The notes: generated by a model from the letters alone, not told the origin. DNA of 64,000 nt from Anaeromyxobacter sp. (GCA_049840735.1 JASGJN010000022.1:640001-704000); one strand, 5' to 3'; counted from the first letter of the stretch, positions 32,344 through 42,942 are shown. Numbers and translations are program-made.

Positions 32344-33168
32344 ATGGCGGACTGGGTCGAGATCGAGAAGAAGGTCGCAGCGGCGTTCGCGGACCGCACC
32401 AGGCTTTCGGACCCCGCCCACAAGGCGGCGGTGCTGGAGGCGCTGGCGGGGCTGGACCGCGGCGAGCTGCGCGTGGCCGAGAAGCAGGGCGCCGAGTGGA
32501 AGGTGAACGCCTGGGCGATGCAGGCGGTGAACCTCTACTTCGCCATCACCGGGATGGAGACCACCGACTTCGGCCCGTTCCAGGTGCGGGACAAGATCCC
32601 GCTCAAGAAGGACCTGGAGGCGGCCGGCGTGCGGGTGGTGCCCGGCGGCGTGGCCCGCTACGGCTCGCACCTCGAGCCCGGCGTGGTGCTGATGCCCGGC
32701 TTCGTCAACATCGGCGCCCGCGTCGGCGCCGGCACCATGGTGGACACCTGGGCCACCGTCGGCTCCTGCGCGCAGGTGGGCAGGAACGTGCACCTGGCCG
32801 GCGGCGTGGGCATCGGCGGCGTGCTCGAGCCGCCTGGAGCCCGCCCCAACATCATCGAGGACGGCGCCTTCATCGGCAGCCGCTGCATCATCGTGGAGGG
32901 CGTGATCGTCGAGGAGGAGGCGGTGTTGGGGGCCAACGTGGTCATCACCGGCTCCACGCCCATCATCGACGTCACCGGGCCGCAGGAGGTCGTCTACAAG
33001 GGCCGCGTCCCGGCCCGCTCGGTGGTGATCCCCGGCACCCGCACCAAGCAGTATCCGGCCGGCGCCTACAACATCCCCTGCGCGCTGATCGTGGGGAGGC
33101 GCAGCGCCTCCACCGACAAGAAGGTCTCGCTCAACGCCGCCCTGCGCGACTTCGAGGTGCAGGGGTGA
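32344..33168 (+). CDS. dapD: Tetrahydrodipicolinate N-succinyltransferase
   Basis: DKIPLK, RVVP, TMVDTWATVGSCAQVG, GGVLEP. Confidence 0.95.
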   Translation: MADWVEIEKKVAAAFADRTRLSDPAHKAAVLEALAGLDRGELRVAEKQGAEWKVNAWAMQAVNLYFAITGMETTDFGPFQVRDKIPLKKDLEAAGVRVVPGGVARYGSHLEPGVVLMPGFVNIGARVGAGTMVDTWATVGSCAQVGRNVHLAGGVGIGGVLEPPGARPNIIEDGAFIGSRCIIVEGVIVEEEAVLGANVVITGSTPIIDVTGPQEVVYKGRVPARSVVIPGTRTKQYPAGAYNIPCALIVGRRSASTDKKVSLNAALRDFEVQG

Positions 33169-34268
33169 GCGAGGCGGCGGCACCGCTCTCGCCGCTGGGC
33201 GAGTCGCTGGCCATCCGGACCGAGGCCCTCTGCGGCGTGCGGTCGGTGATCGGCGAGGAGCGCGCGCTCTGCGACCGGGTCGAGGCCTGGGCGCGGGCGC
33301 GCTTCCCGGCGGTCCGCCGCGTGAAGGACTCGCTGGTGGTCCAGGTGGACGGCCCGGCCACGCCCGGCCGGCCGCGCCTGGCGCTGTGCGGCCACCTCGA
33401 CACCGTGCCCATCCCGGCCGCCGACGCCGGCCACCCGCCGCGCCGCGAGGGCGGCCGGCTGGTGGCGCCGGGCAGCTCGGACATGAAGGGCGGCCTGGCG
33501 GTGATGATGGAGCTGGCCGAGCGGCTGCCGCGCGCGGCCCGCTTCGCCGATCTGGTGCTGGTCTTCTACGCCCGCGAGGAGGGGCCGTTCCTGGAGAACG
33601 AGCTGGGGGACGTGCTGCGCGAGGCGGACGAGCTCGGCGGCACCGACCTGGCGCTCTGCCTGGAGCCGACCGACAACGTGCTGCAGCTGGGCTGCGTCGG
33701 CTCCATCCACGGCACGGTGGTGTTCGACGGGCGCTCGGCCCACTCGGCCCGGCCCTGGCAGGGCGAGAACGCCGTGCACCGGGCCGGCGCGCTGCTGGCC
33801 GCGCTGCACGCGCGGGCGCCGCGCGAGGCCGTCTCGGGCGGCCTCACCTACCGCGAGGTGATGAGCGTCACCCGCATCGAGGGCGGGCGCGCGCGCAACG
33901 TGGTGCCGGATCGCTGCACGCTCAACGTGAACTACCGCTTCGCGCCGGACAAGGCGCTGGACGCAGCCGCGGCCGAGCTGGTGGCGCTGGGCCAGGCGCA
34001 CGGCGCAAAGGTGGAGCTCACCGACCTCTCGCCGGCCTGCCCCGCCTACGCCGACCACCCGCTGGTGCGCCGGCTGGCCGAGCGCACCGGCGCGCCGCTG
34101 GAGCCGAAGCAGGCCTGGACCGACGTGGCCCGCCTGGCCGCCGCCGGCATCCCGGCCGTCAACTTCGGCCCCGGCGCCACCGCCCAGGCGCACCAGCAGG
34201 GCGAGTGGGTCGCGCTCGACGCGCTGGAGCGCGGGTACCAGCTGCTGGAGCGGTTCCTGGCGGCGTGA
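33165..34268 (+). CDS. dapE: Succinyl-diaminopimelate desuccinylase (M20 family)
   Basis: GHLDTVP, DMKGG, REE, AHSARPW, WTDVA, AHQQGE; coupled to dapD. Confidence 0.9.
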   Translation: MSEAAAPLSPLGESLAIRTEALCGVRSVIGEERALCDRVEAWARARFPAVRRVKDSLVVQVDGPATPGRPRLALCGHLDTVPIPAADAGHPPRREGGRLVAPGSSDMKGGLAVMMELAERLPRAARFADLVLVFYAREEGPFLENELGDVLREADELGGTDLALCLEPTDNVLQLGCVGSIHGTVVFDGRSAHSARPWQGENAVHRAGALLAALHARAPREAVSGGLTYREVMSVTRIEGGRARNVVPDRCTLNVNYRFAPDKALDAAAAELVALGQAHGAKVELTDLSPACPAYADHPLVRRLAERTGAPLEPKQAWTDVARLAAAGIPAVNFGPGATAQAHQQGEWVALDALERGYQLLERFLAA

Positions 34269-34491
34269 TCCGCCGCGAGAGCGCCTGTCGGGCGGGAGGC
34301 GTCCTGGTGTCCGCGGCAGGTCGCCCGGCCCCTCCCGCGCCGGCTGCGCGCTCGCCGTGGAAGCCCAGCCTCCACCGGGACGCCCGGGCCACTCCCGGCT
34401 GGCCGAGCAGGCGCAGTGAGTGGTGCACATGCTTGCGCGGCCTCGCGAGCGACGCCGTCCTCTCCTTCCCCGCCCGCCAGGCGGAGACGCC

Positions 34492-35013
34492 ATGTCCCGC
34501 CGTCCGCTCCAGCTGCTCACCCTCGCCCTCGCGCTCGGCGCCCCTGCGAGCGCCCTCTCGCAGGGCATCTTCTCGCCGCAGACCTTCTCCGCCCGGCTGA
34601 ACGGGTTCAAGGAGGTCCCCACGCTGTCGACCCAGGGGTTCGGGACGTTCTCGGCCGACATCACCGTGGGTGACGCGGGGCCGACCATCGCGTGGACGCT
34701 GACGTTCAGCGGGCTCTCGGCGCCGGCCAGCGCGGCCCACATCCACCTCGGCCAGCCCGGCGTTGCGGGCGGCATCGCCGTGAACCTGTGCGGCGCAGGG
34801 AGCGCTCCCGCCTGCCCTGCCGAGGGCAGCGTGACCGGCACCATCGACGCCACCTCCGTCGTCGGCCCTGCGGAGCAGGGCATCGCTCCCGGCGAGCTGC
34901 AGGAGCTCCTGGTGGCCATGGTGGTCGGCGCCACCTACGTCAATGTCCACACCGCCACGTTCCCAACGGGCGAGATCCGCGGCCAGATCGGCCCGGATCT
35001 GCTGGGCAACTGA
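34492..35013 (+). CDS. Exported CHRD-domain protein
   Basis: Signal peptide, EVP, AAHIH, YVNVHTATFPTGEIRGQI. Confidence 0.9.
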   Translation: MSRRPLQLLTLALALGAPASALSQGIFSPQTFSARLNGFKEVPTLSTQGFGTFSADITVGDAGPTIAWTLTFSGLSAPASAAHIHLGQPGVAGGIAVNLCGAGSAPACPAEGSVTGTIDATSVVGPAEQGIAPGELQELLVAMVVGATYVNVHTATFPTGEIRGQIGPDLLGN

Positions 35014-35165
35014 GCGCCGGCCTCGCTCCGCCCCTCGGCGGCTGGCGAAGTGCGGCATCCCGGGGCCCCGCATGCGCCCCCATGCGGGACCTGAATCTGG
35101 CATCGCTGCGGTTACACATCCGCGACCAACCTCGCGCCACCGATGCCGGCCAAGGAGCCCCAGCC

Positions 35166-35771
35166 ATGAAGCGTCTTGCCCTCGTCGTCCTCTCGCTCGC
35201 CCTCCTGCCCGCCGCGGCCCTGGCCCAGGCCTCGACCTGGGACCTCGACTCCGCCCACACCCACTCCGCGTTCACGGTGCGTCACCTGGTGATCACCAAC
35301 GTGCGCGGCGAGTTCGGCAAGACCACCGGCAAGGTGGTGCTGGACGAGAAGGACGTCACGAAGTCCACGGTCGAGGCCAGCATCGACGCCACCACCATCG
35401 ACACGCGCGAGCCGAAGCGCGACGCGCACCTCAAGTCGCCGGACTTCTTCGACGTGGAGAAGTACCCGGCCATCACCTTCAAGAGCACCAAGGTGGAGAA
35501 GGCGGGCAGCGGCCTCAAGGTGACCGGCGACCTGACCATGCACGGCGTCACAAAGCAGGTGGTGCTGGACGTGGCCGGGCCGACCGCGGAGATCAAGGAT
35601 CCCTGGGGCAAGACCCGCCGCGGCATCGCCGCCACCACCACCGTCAACCGCAAGGACTTCGGCCTCAACTGGAACAAGGCGGTCGAGGCTGGGCCGGTGG
35701 TCGGCGACGAGGTGAAGATCGAAATCGAGGCCGAGCTGGTGAAGGCGGACGCCGCGGCCGCGGCAAAGTAG
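35166..35771 (+). CDS. YceI family protein
   Basis: Signal peptide, DSAHT...VRHL, RDAHLKSPDFFDVEKYPAITF. Confidence 0.93.
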   Translation: MKRLALVVLSLALLPAAALAQASTWDLDSAHTHSAFTVRHLVITNVRGEFGKTTGKVVLDEKDVTKSTVEASIDATTIDTREPKRDAHLKSPDFFDVEKYPAITFKSTKVEKAGSGLKVTGDLTMHGVTKQVVLDVAGPTAEIKDPWGKTRRGIAATTTVNRKDFGLNWNKAVEAGPVVGDEVKIEIEAELVKADAAAAAK

Positions 35772-35775
35772 CGAC

Positions 35776-35827
35776 GCCCTTCGACTCCGCCGCGGCCTGG
35801 GCCGCGGCTACGCTCAGGGCGAACGGG
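35776..35827. repeat. REP-like element (forward)
   Basis: GCCC-TTCGACTCCGC-hairpin-GCTACGCTCA-GGGCGAACGGG. Confidence 0.8.
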
Positions 35828-35858
35828 TTCAGGCCCGTTCGCCCTGGCCCTCTTCAGC

Positions 35859-36584
35859 TCAGCGCGCCGCCAGCTGCCCCGCCGCGTCCGCGCGCATCGC
35901 GTCCAGGTCCACCCGGCCGCGCACGCCGGGGACGTGGCCGCGGGCGTGCCACTGCCAGAGCACCCAGCGGTCGGCGGGCTCGGGCCGGGGCTCGCGCAGG
36001 AGGTCGCGGATCCAGAGCACGTTGTCCACCTCGGCGCCGCGGATGAAGGCGCCATAGGCCTCGCCGGTGACGTACAGGATGGGCCGGACGCCGCGCTCGC
36101 GCTCCACCAGCTCGGAGAACGCGGCCAGCTCACGCCGGACCTGGTCCGAGGCCGGGCGGCGCCTGCAGTTGCCGCCGAACTCGAGGTCGATGGCCGGCGG
36201 CAGCTGATCGGGATCGGCGGGCACGGTGGCCAGGAAGTGCCGCGCCTGCGCCTCGCCCCCGCTGCAGAAGCTGAAGAAGTGGTACGCGCCGGTCCGCAGG
36301 CCGGCCGCGCGGGCCTCTCGCCAGTTGCCTTCGAACTCCGGGTCGGTGAAGTCGCCGCCCTCGGTGGCCTTGACGTAGGCGAACCCCATGCGCGGCTGGG
36401 CCGCCACCTGCGCCCAGTCAATCTCGCCCTGGTGGTGCGAGACGTCGACGCCCAGCACCGGGAACCGGTCCGGATCCGGCCGGGCCAGGCTCCACCAGCC
36501 GGTCGCGAGGGCGAGCACGGCCAGGCCTGTGAGGGTGGCGAGGTGGACGGCGAGCCAGGCTGCGGGGGAGAGGCGGAGGCGCAT
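35859..36584 (-). CDS. GH25-family muramidase with N-terminal membrane anchor
   Basis: GVDVSHHQG, KATEG, GAYHFF, PPAIDLE, VDLD. Confidence 0.92.
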   Translation of the reverse strand: MRLRLSPAAWLAVHLATLTGLAVLALATGWWSLARPDPDRFPVLGVDVSHHQGEIDWAQVAAQPRMGFAYVKATEGGDFTDPEFEGNWREARAAGLRTGAYHFFSFCSGGEAQARHFLATVPADPDQLPPAIDLEFGGNCRRRPASDQVRRELAAFSELVERERGVRPILYVTGEAYGAFIRGAEVDNVLWIRDLLREPRPEPADRWVLWQWHARGHVPGVRGRVDLDAMRADAAGQLAAR

Positions 36585-36748
36585 GGACGAGGGCCATAGC
36601 AAGCGGCGTTCCCCGGGGCCGGGCGGCGGGATCCCGAGTGAATCCGGTCCGCCGCGCCCGCCGGGGCGTCGCGGCCGGACCACGCTGTGGCAGCCCGGCG
36701 TGGTTGCGCTGACACGTCTTCAGTGGAAACCCCGGACTGCCCTGGCCC

Positions 36749-36798
36749 CCGTTCGCCCTGAGCGTAGCCGCCGCCAAGCGGCGGCGGAGTCGAAGGGC
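36749..36798. repeat. REP-like element (reverse)
   Basis: CCGTTCGCCC-TGAGCGTAGC-hairpin-GCGGAGTCGAA-GGGC. Confidence 0.8.
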
Positions 36799-36834
36799 AG
36801 GGGCAGAAAGGCCGTCCTCGCCTACCATGCCCAG

Positions 36835-38359
36835 GTGCCCCCAACGTCCTCCTCCGCCCCCGCCCGCTGGGCCCGCCGCCTGGTCCTGCTCCGCGCCGCG
36901 CTCGCCCTGGCGCTGATCGCCGCCCTCCTGCTCGGCCCGGGCGCGCTGGTAATCCACGGCCTCGCCACCACGCCGCGCGAGCCGGGAATCTCGCCCTTCG
37001 CGCTGCGGCTGTTCCGCTCGCTCACGCCGCGGTACGAGCGCTGGGCCCGGGAGCGGGTGGCGAGCGGGGTCGCGGCCCAGCTGCCCACCACCAACATCTC
37101 CGGCACCGAGTGGCCGGTCTACGGCTCTGCCTTCTACCTGGCCAGCGTGGTGGCGCTGCAGGAGGCCTGGGAGGCCGACCCGTCGAATCCTGTCCGAGGC
37201 ACCCGCGAGGACGGCGCGCGAGGCGGTGGAGGCCGCCACGGCGCTGGTGATCGACCCCGGCCACGCCGGCTGGGTGAAGCGTCACTGGGGGTCGCTCTAC
37301 CTCGAGCGCGAGAACGTCTTCTACCGGAGCCTGGTGATCTGGGCCCTGACCAGCCACGCCCGGCTCACCGGGAGCGCCGAGCACCTGGCGTTGCTGCGCG
37401 AGCAGGCCGAGGGGCTGGCCGGAGAGCTGGAGGCCTCGCCCCACGGCCTGCTGGACGACTATCCCGGTCAGTGCTTCCCGGCCGACGTGATGACGGCGGT
37501 CTTCGCCATCCGCGAGGCCGACCGCGTGCTGGGCACCGATCACTCCGCCTTCGTGGAGCGCGAGCGGCGGGCCTTCCAGGGCAAGGCGCTGGACGACCGC
37601 GCCCTGATCCCGTACTGCGCCTCGGCCAGCAAGGGCATCGCGGCCCATGACGCGCGCGGCAGCACCAGCGGCTCGGCCTCGATCTACGCGCCGGCGCTCT
37701 ACCCGGAGCTGGCGCGCGGCTGGTACGAGGGGAACCGGCAGCACCTCTGGCAGCAGCGCTGGGGCGCGGTCGCGTTCCGCGAGTTCTACCGCGAGACGCC
37801 CGATCGCGAGTGGTACTGGGACGTGGACGCCGGGCCGGTGCTGGGCGGCCACGGCTTCGCCGCCAGCGCCTTCGGCCTGGCCGCGGCGCGCGCCAACGGG
37901 CGGCTGGACGACGCCTACCCGCTCACGCTGGAGCTGATCGCCGTGAGCTGGCCGCTGCCGGACGGCTCGCTGGCCGTCCCGCGCCTCATCTCCGACGCCA
38001 CCGACGCGCCGCTGGCCGGCGAGGCCGGGATCCTCTTCATGCTGACCCGCCCCGAGCCGCGGGTGGTGAAGGTGGCGGAGGGCGGGGTGCCGCCTTTCGT
38101 CTGGGCGGCGCTGGCCTGCTACCTCGTGCCCGGCACGCTGGGCGTGGCCTGGGCGGTGTGGCGGGCCCGCCGCGCGCTGCGCCGGCTTCGCGAGCGCCGC
38201 CTGCCGGCGGGCTGGGTGCAGGTGGCGCTCATGGCGGGCGCGCTGCTGGCGGTGGTGCCGCTGGCGTGGTGGAGCGTGCCGGGGGCGGTGGGGGTGTGGG
38301 TCCTCGGCGGCGCGGGGCCGGTCACGTGGAAGGAGGCGCCGAGGCGGACTCCGGGTTAA
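36835..38359 (+). CDS. Membrane-anchored protein, possibly linalool dehydratase/isomerase-like (frameshift at about 37186)
   Basis: N- and C-terminal TM segments; DYPGQCFPAD, FREF and DVDAGP motifs recall the linalool dehydratase-like helical-barrel family. Confidence 0.55.
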
Positions 38360-38388
38360 GCTGCGGATTCACCCGGAGAGGAGCACCC

Positions 38389-39994
38389 ATGCCGCCTCGT
38401 CGACCGCGCTGGACCCCGCTCGCGCTGGCCGCGCTCGTTGCTTGCGGAGGTGGGGGCTCCGGCGGAGCTCCGGTCGACCCAGGCGCCGGCCCCTACTACC
38501 CGCTGCCGCTCATCCCGCTCGACGTGCCGCCCACCGCCGAGGCCGCGCGGGCGCTCATCACCGGGCGAGCCTACGTGGTCGACGCGGTGAACGGCAGCGA
38601 CGCCACCGGCGACGGCTCCCCCGCACACCCCTGGCAAACGCTGGCCCGGGCGCAGGCGGCGGCCGTGGGCGGCGACGGGATCCTGCTGCGCCCCGGGAGC
38701 TACGGGGTCTTGTCCGACGACCGGACCGACCGGACCGCCTGGCTGGTGGTGATGGCGGAGCGCGCCGACCGCCCCGCGCCGGAGCTCTTGGGCATCGACA
38801 TCTCGCCGGCGGCGCCCGGCGCCTCGCGCCTGCTCTTCCACGGCCTCCGCATCACCACCGCCTGGGTGGACCCCGGCGGCGACCCGCAGGACCCGGCCTC
38901 CACCGCCTCCAGCTACCAGGACACCGGCTACCCGGTGGTGATCCAGGACGCCACCGACGTGAAGCTGCACGCCTGCGAGGTGGTGGGGACGAGCAAGTAC
39001 CTGACCCCGGCCGGCGTCTGGCTGCAGCGGGCGGCGCGCGTCACCATCGCCGGGTGCGAGGTGCACGAGGTCGGCCGCGCCGTCCAGTACGACGCCACGC
39101 ACGACCTGCTCGTCCACGGCAACCACCTGCACCGGCTCACCGGCACGGCCGTCTACAGCGCCAACGACCAGAGCGGCCACATCCAGGTGGAGCGGAACCA
39201 CATCCACGACTCCAACTATGATTTTGGCGACGACTGGTGCGTGCGGGCGGTGGGCCAGAACCCGCACGGCTCCGCCGTCTCCATCCGCAGCAGCGGCGTG
39301 CTGGTCCGCAACAACGTCATCCACGACGGCTTCAACTCGGCCGGGATCATGACCTACGGCGACTCCGCCGAGCGGTTCGACGACCTGGTGCTCGAGAACA
39401 ACGTCCTCTACGACATCCGCAACACCTTCGTGCTGCGGCTCTACGAGGCCGGGCACGACGTCTGGATCCGCAACAATACCCTGGTCGGCCACCTGCGCTC
39501 GGCCAGCTCGACCTCGGCCATGCGCTACGAGACGGCGCTGGCGCTCCACTCGCTGGCGCAGGGCGAGGACGGCTCCGGGGTGCACCTGCAGAACAACGTG
39601 CTGGTGGGCAACGTGGACCTGGGCGGCTGGGCGGCGGCGGTGGACCAGGCGCACAACGTGGCCTACGCGCTGGAAGGCGCCTCGTCGGACTCGCTGGTGG
39701 TGCTGCCGCGAGTGGACCACGCCAGCTACTTCGAGGACGGCTTCTTCGTGGGGCCGGTGGACCTCAGCTGGACCACGCAGCCCAACCCAAACGACCCCGG
39801 CGAGCTCAACCCCGTCGGCCACGGCCAGCTGATCGACTGGCGTCTGGCGCCCGGGGCCGTGGCGGTCGGCTTCGGCGATCCGCTGCTCCAGGCCCATCGA
39901 CAGCCTGGGCGGGCTGGACGCGGATGGGGTCGTGCTCGACGACGGGGCGCCGCGGGGGGAGCCGGCGCACGATGCGGGGGCGTATCAGCGGTAG
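38389..39994 (+). CDS. Right-handed beta-helix lipoprotein (frameshift at about 39892)
   Basis: Lipobox LVAC, YVVDAVNGSD...GDGSPAHPWQTL, repeated xxNNxI turns; shifted frame ends DAGAYQR. Confidence 0.8.
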
Positions 39995-40035
39995 GGGGGC
40001 ATCCGCTTCGATGACTCCCTGGATCGCGCCTGCGA

Positions 40036-40758
40036 TCAGGGCGGATCCAGTGGGACCGGCAAGTGACCTCGCCAGGCTGCGATCTGCCACCGGACGCTTC
40101 GGAGTGCGATCGTGCCGCGCCTCAGCAGCGTTGGTCGAGCGTTGGCCTTCGACGAGAGCGAGCAGAGGATCTCGTTTGCGGCAGCGAGCCGTTCCTGCAG
40201 GGAAGTGGCCTCGAGTACACGCTGCTTCAGCGCCGGGGAGGTGCGCGCGTTGGCGACCGCCATGTCGATCAAGTGTCCTGGGTCGGCGATCCGTGCACAG
40301 GTAACGACCCAGGAGAACGGCGCGGACTCCGCGTCCTGCAGCAGGAGCTCGAGGGTGCGTGCTCGGAACTCGGCCAGATCCGCGACGGTCGCCGTGGGCT
40401 CGTCATCGAGCGCCGCGATGTTCACGGACAGATAGGGAGAGCGTTGCACGAAGGACGTCACGTGAACGCGCGCAAGTCCCTGGATCGTGCAGGACAGGCG
40501 GCGTTGCTCCCTGCGCGTCCGCACGATCCTTGCCAGCGTCCCCACCGTGAGCAGTTCGGCGTCCAGGTGGTCTGGGGGCGCGGAGCGCGCCACGACCACC
40601 AGCGGCCCATCGCAGGCCAGGGCGGCTTCGGCTGCGGCCATGGTCTTGGGGGTTGCCAGCGACACGGGCAGCTGGCCCGCAGGGAAGAGGACAGTACCAA
40701 CCAGCGGAAGAAGCGGTACGACTGCTGGAATGTCGGATCGTTGAATCAGCGTGATCAC
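40036..40758 (-). CDS. Stand-alone Lon protease N-terminal (substrate-binding) domain protein
   Basis: VPLLPLVGTVLFP, VGTLARI, QGLARV, KQRVLEATSLQERL; no AAA+ or protease domain. Confidence 0.75.
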   Translation of the reverse strand: MITLIQRSDIPAVVPLLPLVGTVLFPAGQLPVSLATPKTMAAAEAALACDGPLVVVARSAPPDHLDAELLTVGTLARIVRTRREQRRLSCTIQGLARVHVTSFVQRSPYLSVNIAALDDEPTATVADLAEFRARTLELLLQDAESAPFSWVVTCARIADPGHLIDMAVANARTSPALKQRVLEATSLQERLAAANEILCSLSSKANARPTLLRRGTIALRSVRWQIAAWRGHLPVPLDPP

Positions 40759-40896
40759 TGCGTCCTATCCTATCAGGTCTCGTCTGGGGGCGACCGCGGC
40801 GCGGCCGCTGGGTCCGCCGCGCGGACCGCGGCGGCGTGTGCCGCCGCACGCTGGCGTGCGTTTCCTGGCGGCACTGGGCTTGCTCAGGGCCCTGCC

Positions 40897-41574
40897 ATGC
40901 CCCGCGCCTGCGAGACCTCCCCTCCCGACCTGCCCCGCGAGCGGCTCATCGCGGCCGGCCCGCGCACCCTCTCCGACGCCGACCTGGTGGCGCTCATCCT
41001 GGGCACCGGCGCCGCCGGGCGCTCGGCGCGGGAGGTGGCGCTGGCGCTGGTGCAGGCGGTGCCGCTGCCGGAGCTGGCCTGGTCGCCGCCGGACGTGCTG
41101 GCCGCCTGGCCCGGCATCGGCCTGGCCCGGGCCGCGGCGCTCGCGGCCGCCTTCGAGCTGGGCCGGCGCGGCGCCTGGTCACCGCCCCACCGCGGCGAGC
41201 GCTGCCTGGATCCCGGCCGCGTGAACGAGCTGATGCGCCCGGCCGCCTTCGCCGAGCGCGAGGGCTTCCACGTGATCCTGCTCGACGTGCGCGGGCGCCT
41301 GCAGCGGGCGGTGCAGGTGGCGGAGGGCTCGCTCTCGCAGTGCCCGGTCTCCCCGCGCGACGCGCTGCGCCCGGCGGTGCGGGAGGGGGCGCACGGGGTC
41401 ATCTTCGTGCACAACCACCCCAGCGGCAATCCCTCGCCCAGCGCCGACGACGTCGACCTGACCGAGCGCCTCCGCGCCGCCTCCGAGCTGGTGGGGGTGC
41501 TGGCCAGGGATCACGTGATCGTGGCAGCGGGAGGGTACTTCTCGTTCGTGGAGGCGGGGAGGTGGAGGAGGTAG
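40897..41574 (+). CDS. radC: RadC/JAB-domain protein
   Basis: PRERL...LSDADLVALILGTG, GIGLARA, HNHPSGNPSPSADD, DHVIV. Confidence 0.93.
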   Translation: MPRACETSPPDLPRERLIAAGPRTLSDADLVALILGTGAAGRSAREVALALVQAVPLPELAWSPPDVLAAWPGIGLARAAALAAAFELGRRGAWSPPHRGERCLDPGRVNELMRPAAFAEREGFHVILLDVRGRLQRAVQVAEGSLSQCPVSPRDALRPAVREGAHGVIFVHNHPSGNPSPSADDVDLTERLRAASELVGVLARDHVIVAAGGYFSFVEAGRWRR

Positions 41575-41641
41575 CGCTGATAGGGGAAGCCAGAGGAGCC
41601 GCTACACGGGCTCGGAAAGCTCAGCCTGAGCCAAGCCGCTC

Positions 41642-42139
41642 TCAGGGAGACCTCAGCAGAGAGGTTTCGATCTGAATGGCAACCGTCTCGACTGCCCGAA
41701 TCAGTCCCTCCAGTCGCTGCTTCTCGGCCTCGAGTGGAGCCAGGTCGGCTGCGAGCCGAGCTCGCGCGCCATCACGCGACGTAACCTGTATCGCCCGAAT
41801 GAACCTACCCAGTCCGCCACCGCCCCTAACCATCGAGCCGCGCGCGCGGACCTTCGCGGTGTACTCGGCACGAATGGATCTCTGTTGCTCAGATACCGAT
41901 CGCTTGGCGAGCGAGAGCTCCCTCTTCCGCAGCCGCAGTTCTTTGAGTGCCAGCCGCGCCTCGGCTGGGGTAGCCGCTGATACTTGGACCCGGTTGGCTT
42001 CGATCAGAACAAGCTGCCTGGGTGCACTGTCCACGTACCCTCCTCGTCTTCGTTTGACGCCGTACGGTCTAGATAGCCCTCTAGCGAGGGGGCTGGACGC
42101 CCGCCGGTATCCTGGCGGCCTACTTGGACTCGATCCCAT
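41642..42139 (-). CDS. Hypothetical basic coiled-coil protein (start uncertain)
   Basis: Open frame in a lower-GC patch; helical AEARLALKELRLRKRELS...GGGGLGRFIR segment. Confidence 0.55.
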   Translation of the reverse strand: MGSSPSRPPGYRRASSPLARGLSRPYGVKRRRGGYVDSAPRQLVLIEANRVQVSAATPAEARLALKELRLRKRELSLAKRSVSEQQRSIRAEYTAKVRARGSMVRGGGGLGRFIRAIQVTSRDGARARLAADLAPLEAEKQRLEGLIRAVETVAIQIETSLLRSP

Positions 42140-42428
42140 TTGACGCGCGCTGCCTCTGAGAGCAGCGTTGGCGGAGCGGGACCTTTCGAGGTACCCTGCG
42201 CGTACTCATGGACCGCGCACGCGAGTGCCGCCACGAACAGAAGCAGGTTCATGGCGCAGAGCGTACCCTGCGTCGGGCCGGCTGGTGGCCGATATTGACC
42301 GCTGCGCCGTCAACGTTCGGCGACTCCAAGGACGAGTGGGTATGGCCGCGGGCCTTGGCATCCCCGGAGCGCGGTAGCGGCAAGACCTCTGCGAAGTCGG
42401 TGACCAGGGGCGTCCGGAATCGGAGGGG

Positions 42429-42528
42429 GCTGGCCTGGTCGCCGCCGGACGTGTTGGCCGGCTGGCCCAGGCGGCGGCCTGGTGGCCGCCTTTAGCCGGG
42501 GCCGCAGCAGGTGCCTAGTCGCCGCGCG
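42429..42528 (+). repeat. Degenerate duplicate of an internal radC segment
   Basis: 42429-42453 is identical to 41073-41097 (25 bp); weaker similarity continues to about 42528. Confidence 0.75.
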
Positions 42529-42612
42529 TTCACCGCAGGTCTGCTACCATCGCTCCTCCCAGGCGGCCGGCAGGCCCTGGGGTCACACCAGGAGCGACTG
42601 CGGAGTCGTCAC

Positions 42613-42942
42613 ATGGAGCTGTCAGCCATCCCCTTCGGCACCACCGACTGGTCCACCGTGGAGCAGACCGAGCACGCCGGCGAGACCGGCCTCGCCACCT
42701 GGCGCACGCGCCGGTTCGGAGCCGTCCGCGTGCGGATGGTGGAGTACACGCCCGGCTACAAGGCCGACCACTGGTGCTCGAAGGGACACATCCTGCTCTG
42801 CCTGGAGGGCGAGCTGCACACCGAGCTGGAGGACGGACGCGTCTTCACCCTGCGCCCCGGCATGAGCTACCAGGTGGCCGACAGGGCCGAGCCGCACCGC
42901 TCCTTCACGGCGGTGGGCGCGCGGCTGTTCATCGTGGACTAG
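42613..42942 (+). CDS. DHCW-motif cupin-fold protein
   Basis: VEYTPGYKADHWCSKGHILLCLEGEL...PHRS. Confidence 0.88.
   Translation: MELSAIPFGTTDWSTVEQTEHAGETGLATWRTRRFGAVRVRMVEYTPGYKADHWCSKGHILLCLEGELHTELEDGRVFTLRPGMSYQVADRAEPHRSFTAVGARLFIVD

Noticed and set aside
35859..36584. Prophage endolysin
   Set aside because: No holin, structural or other phage genes are nearby, and the protein has an N-terminal membrane anchor like cellular GH25 enzymes.
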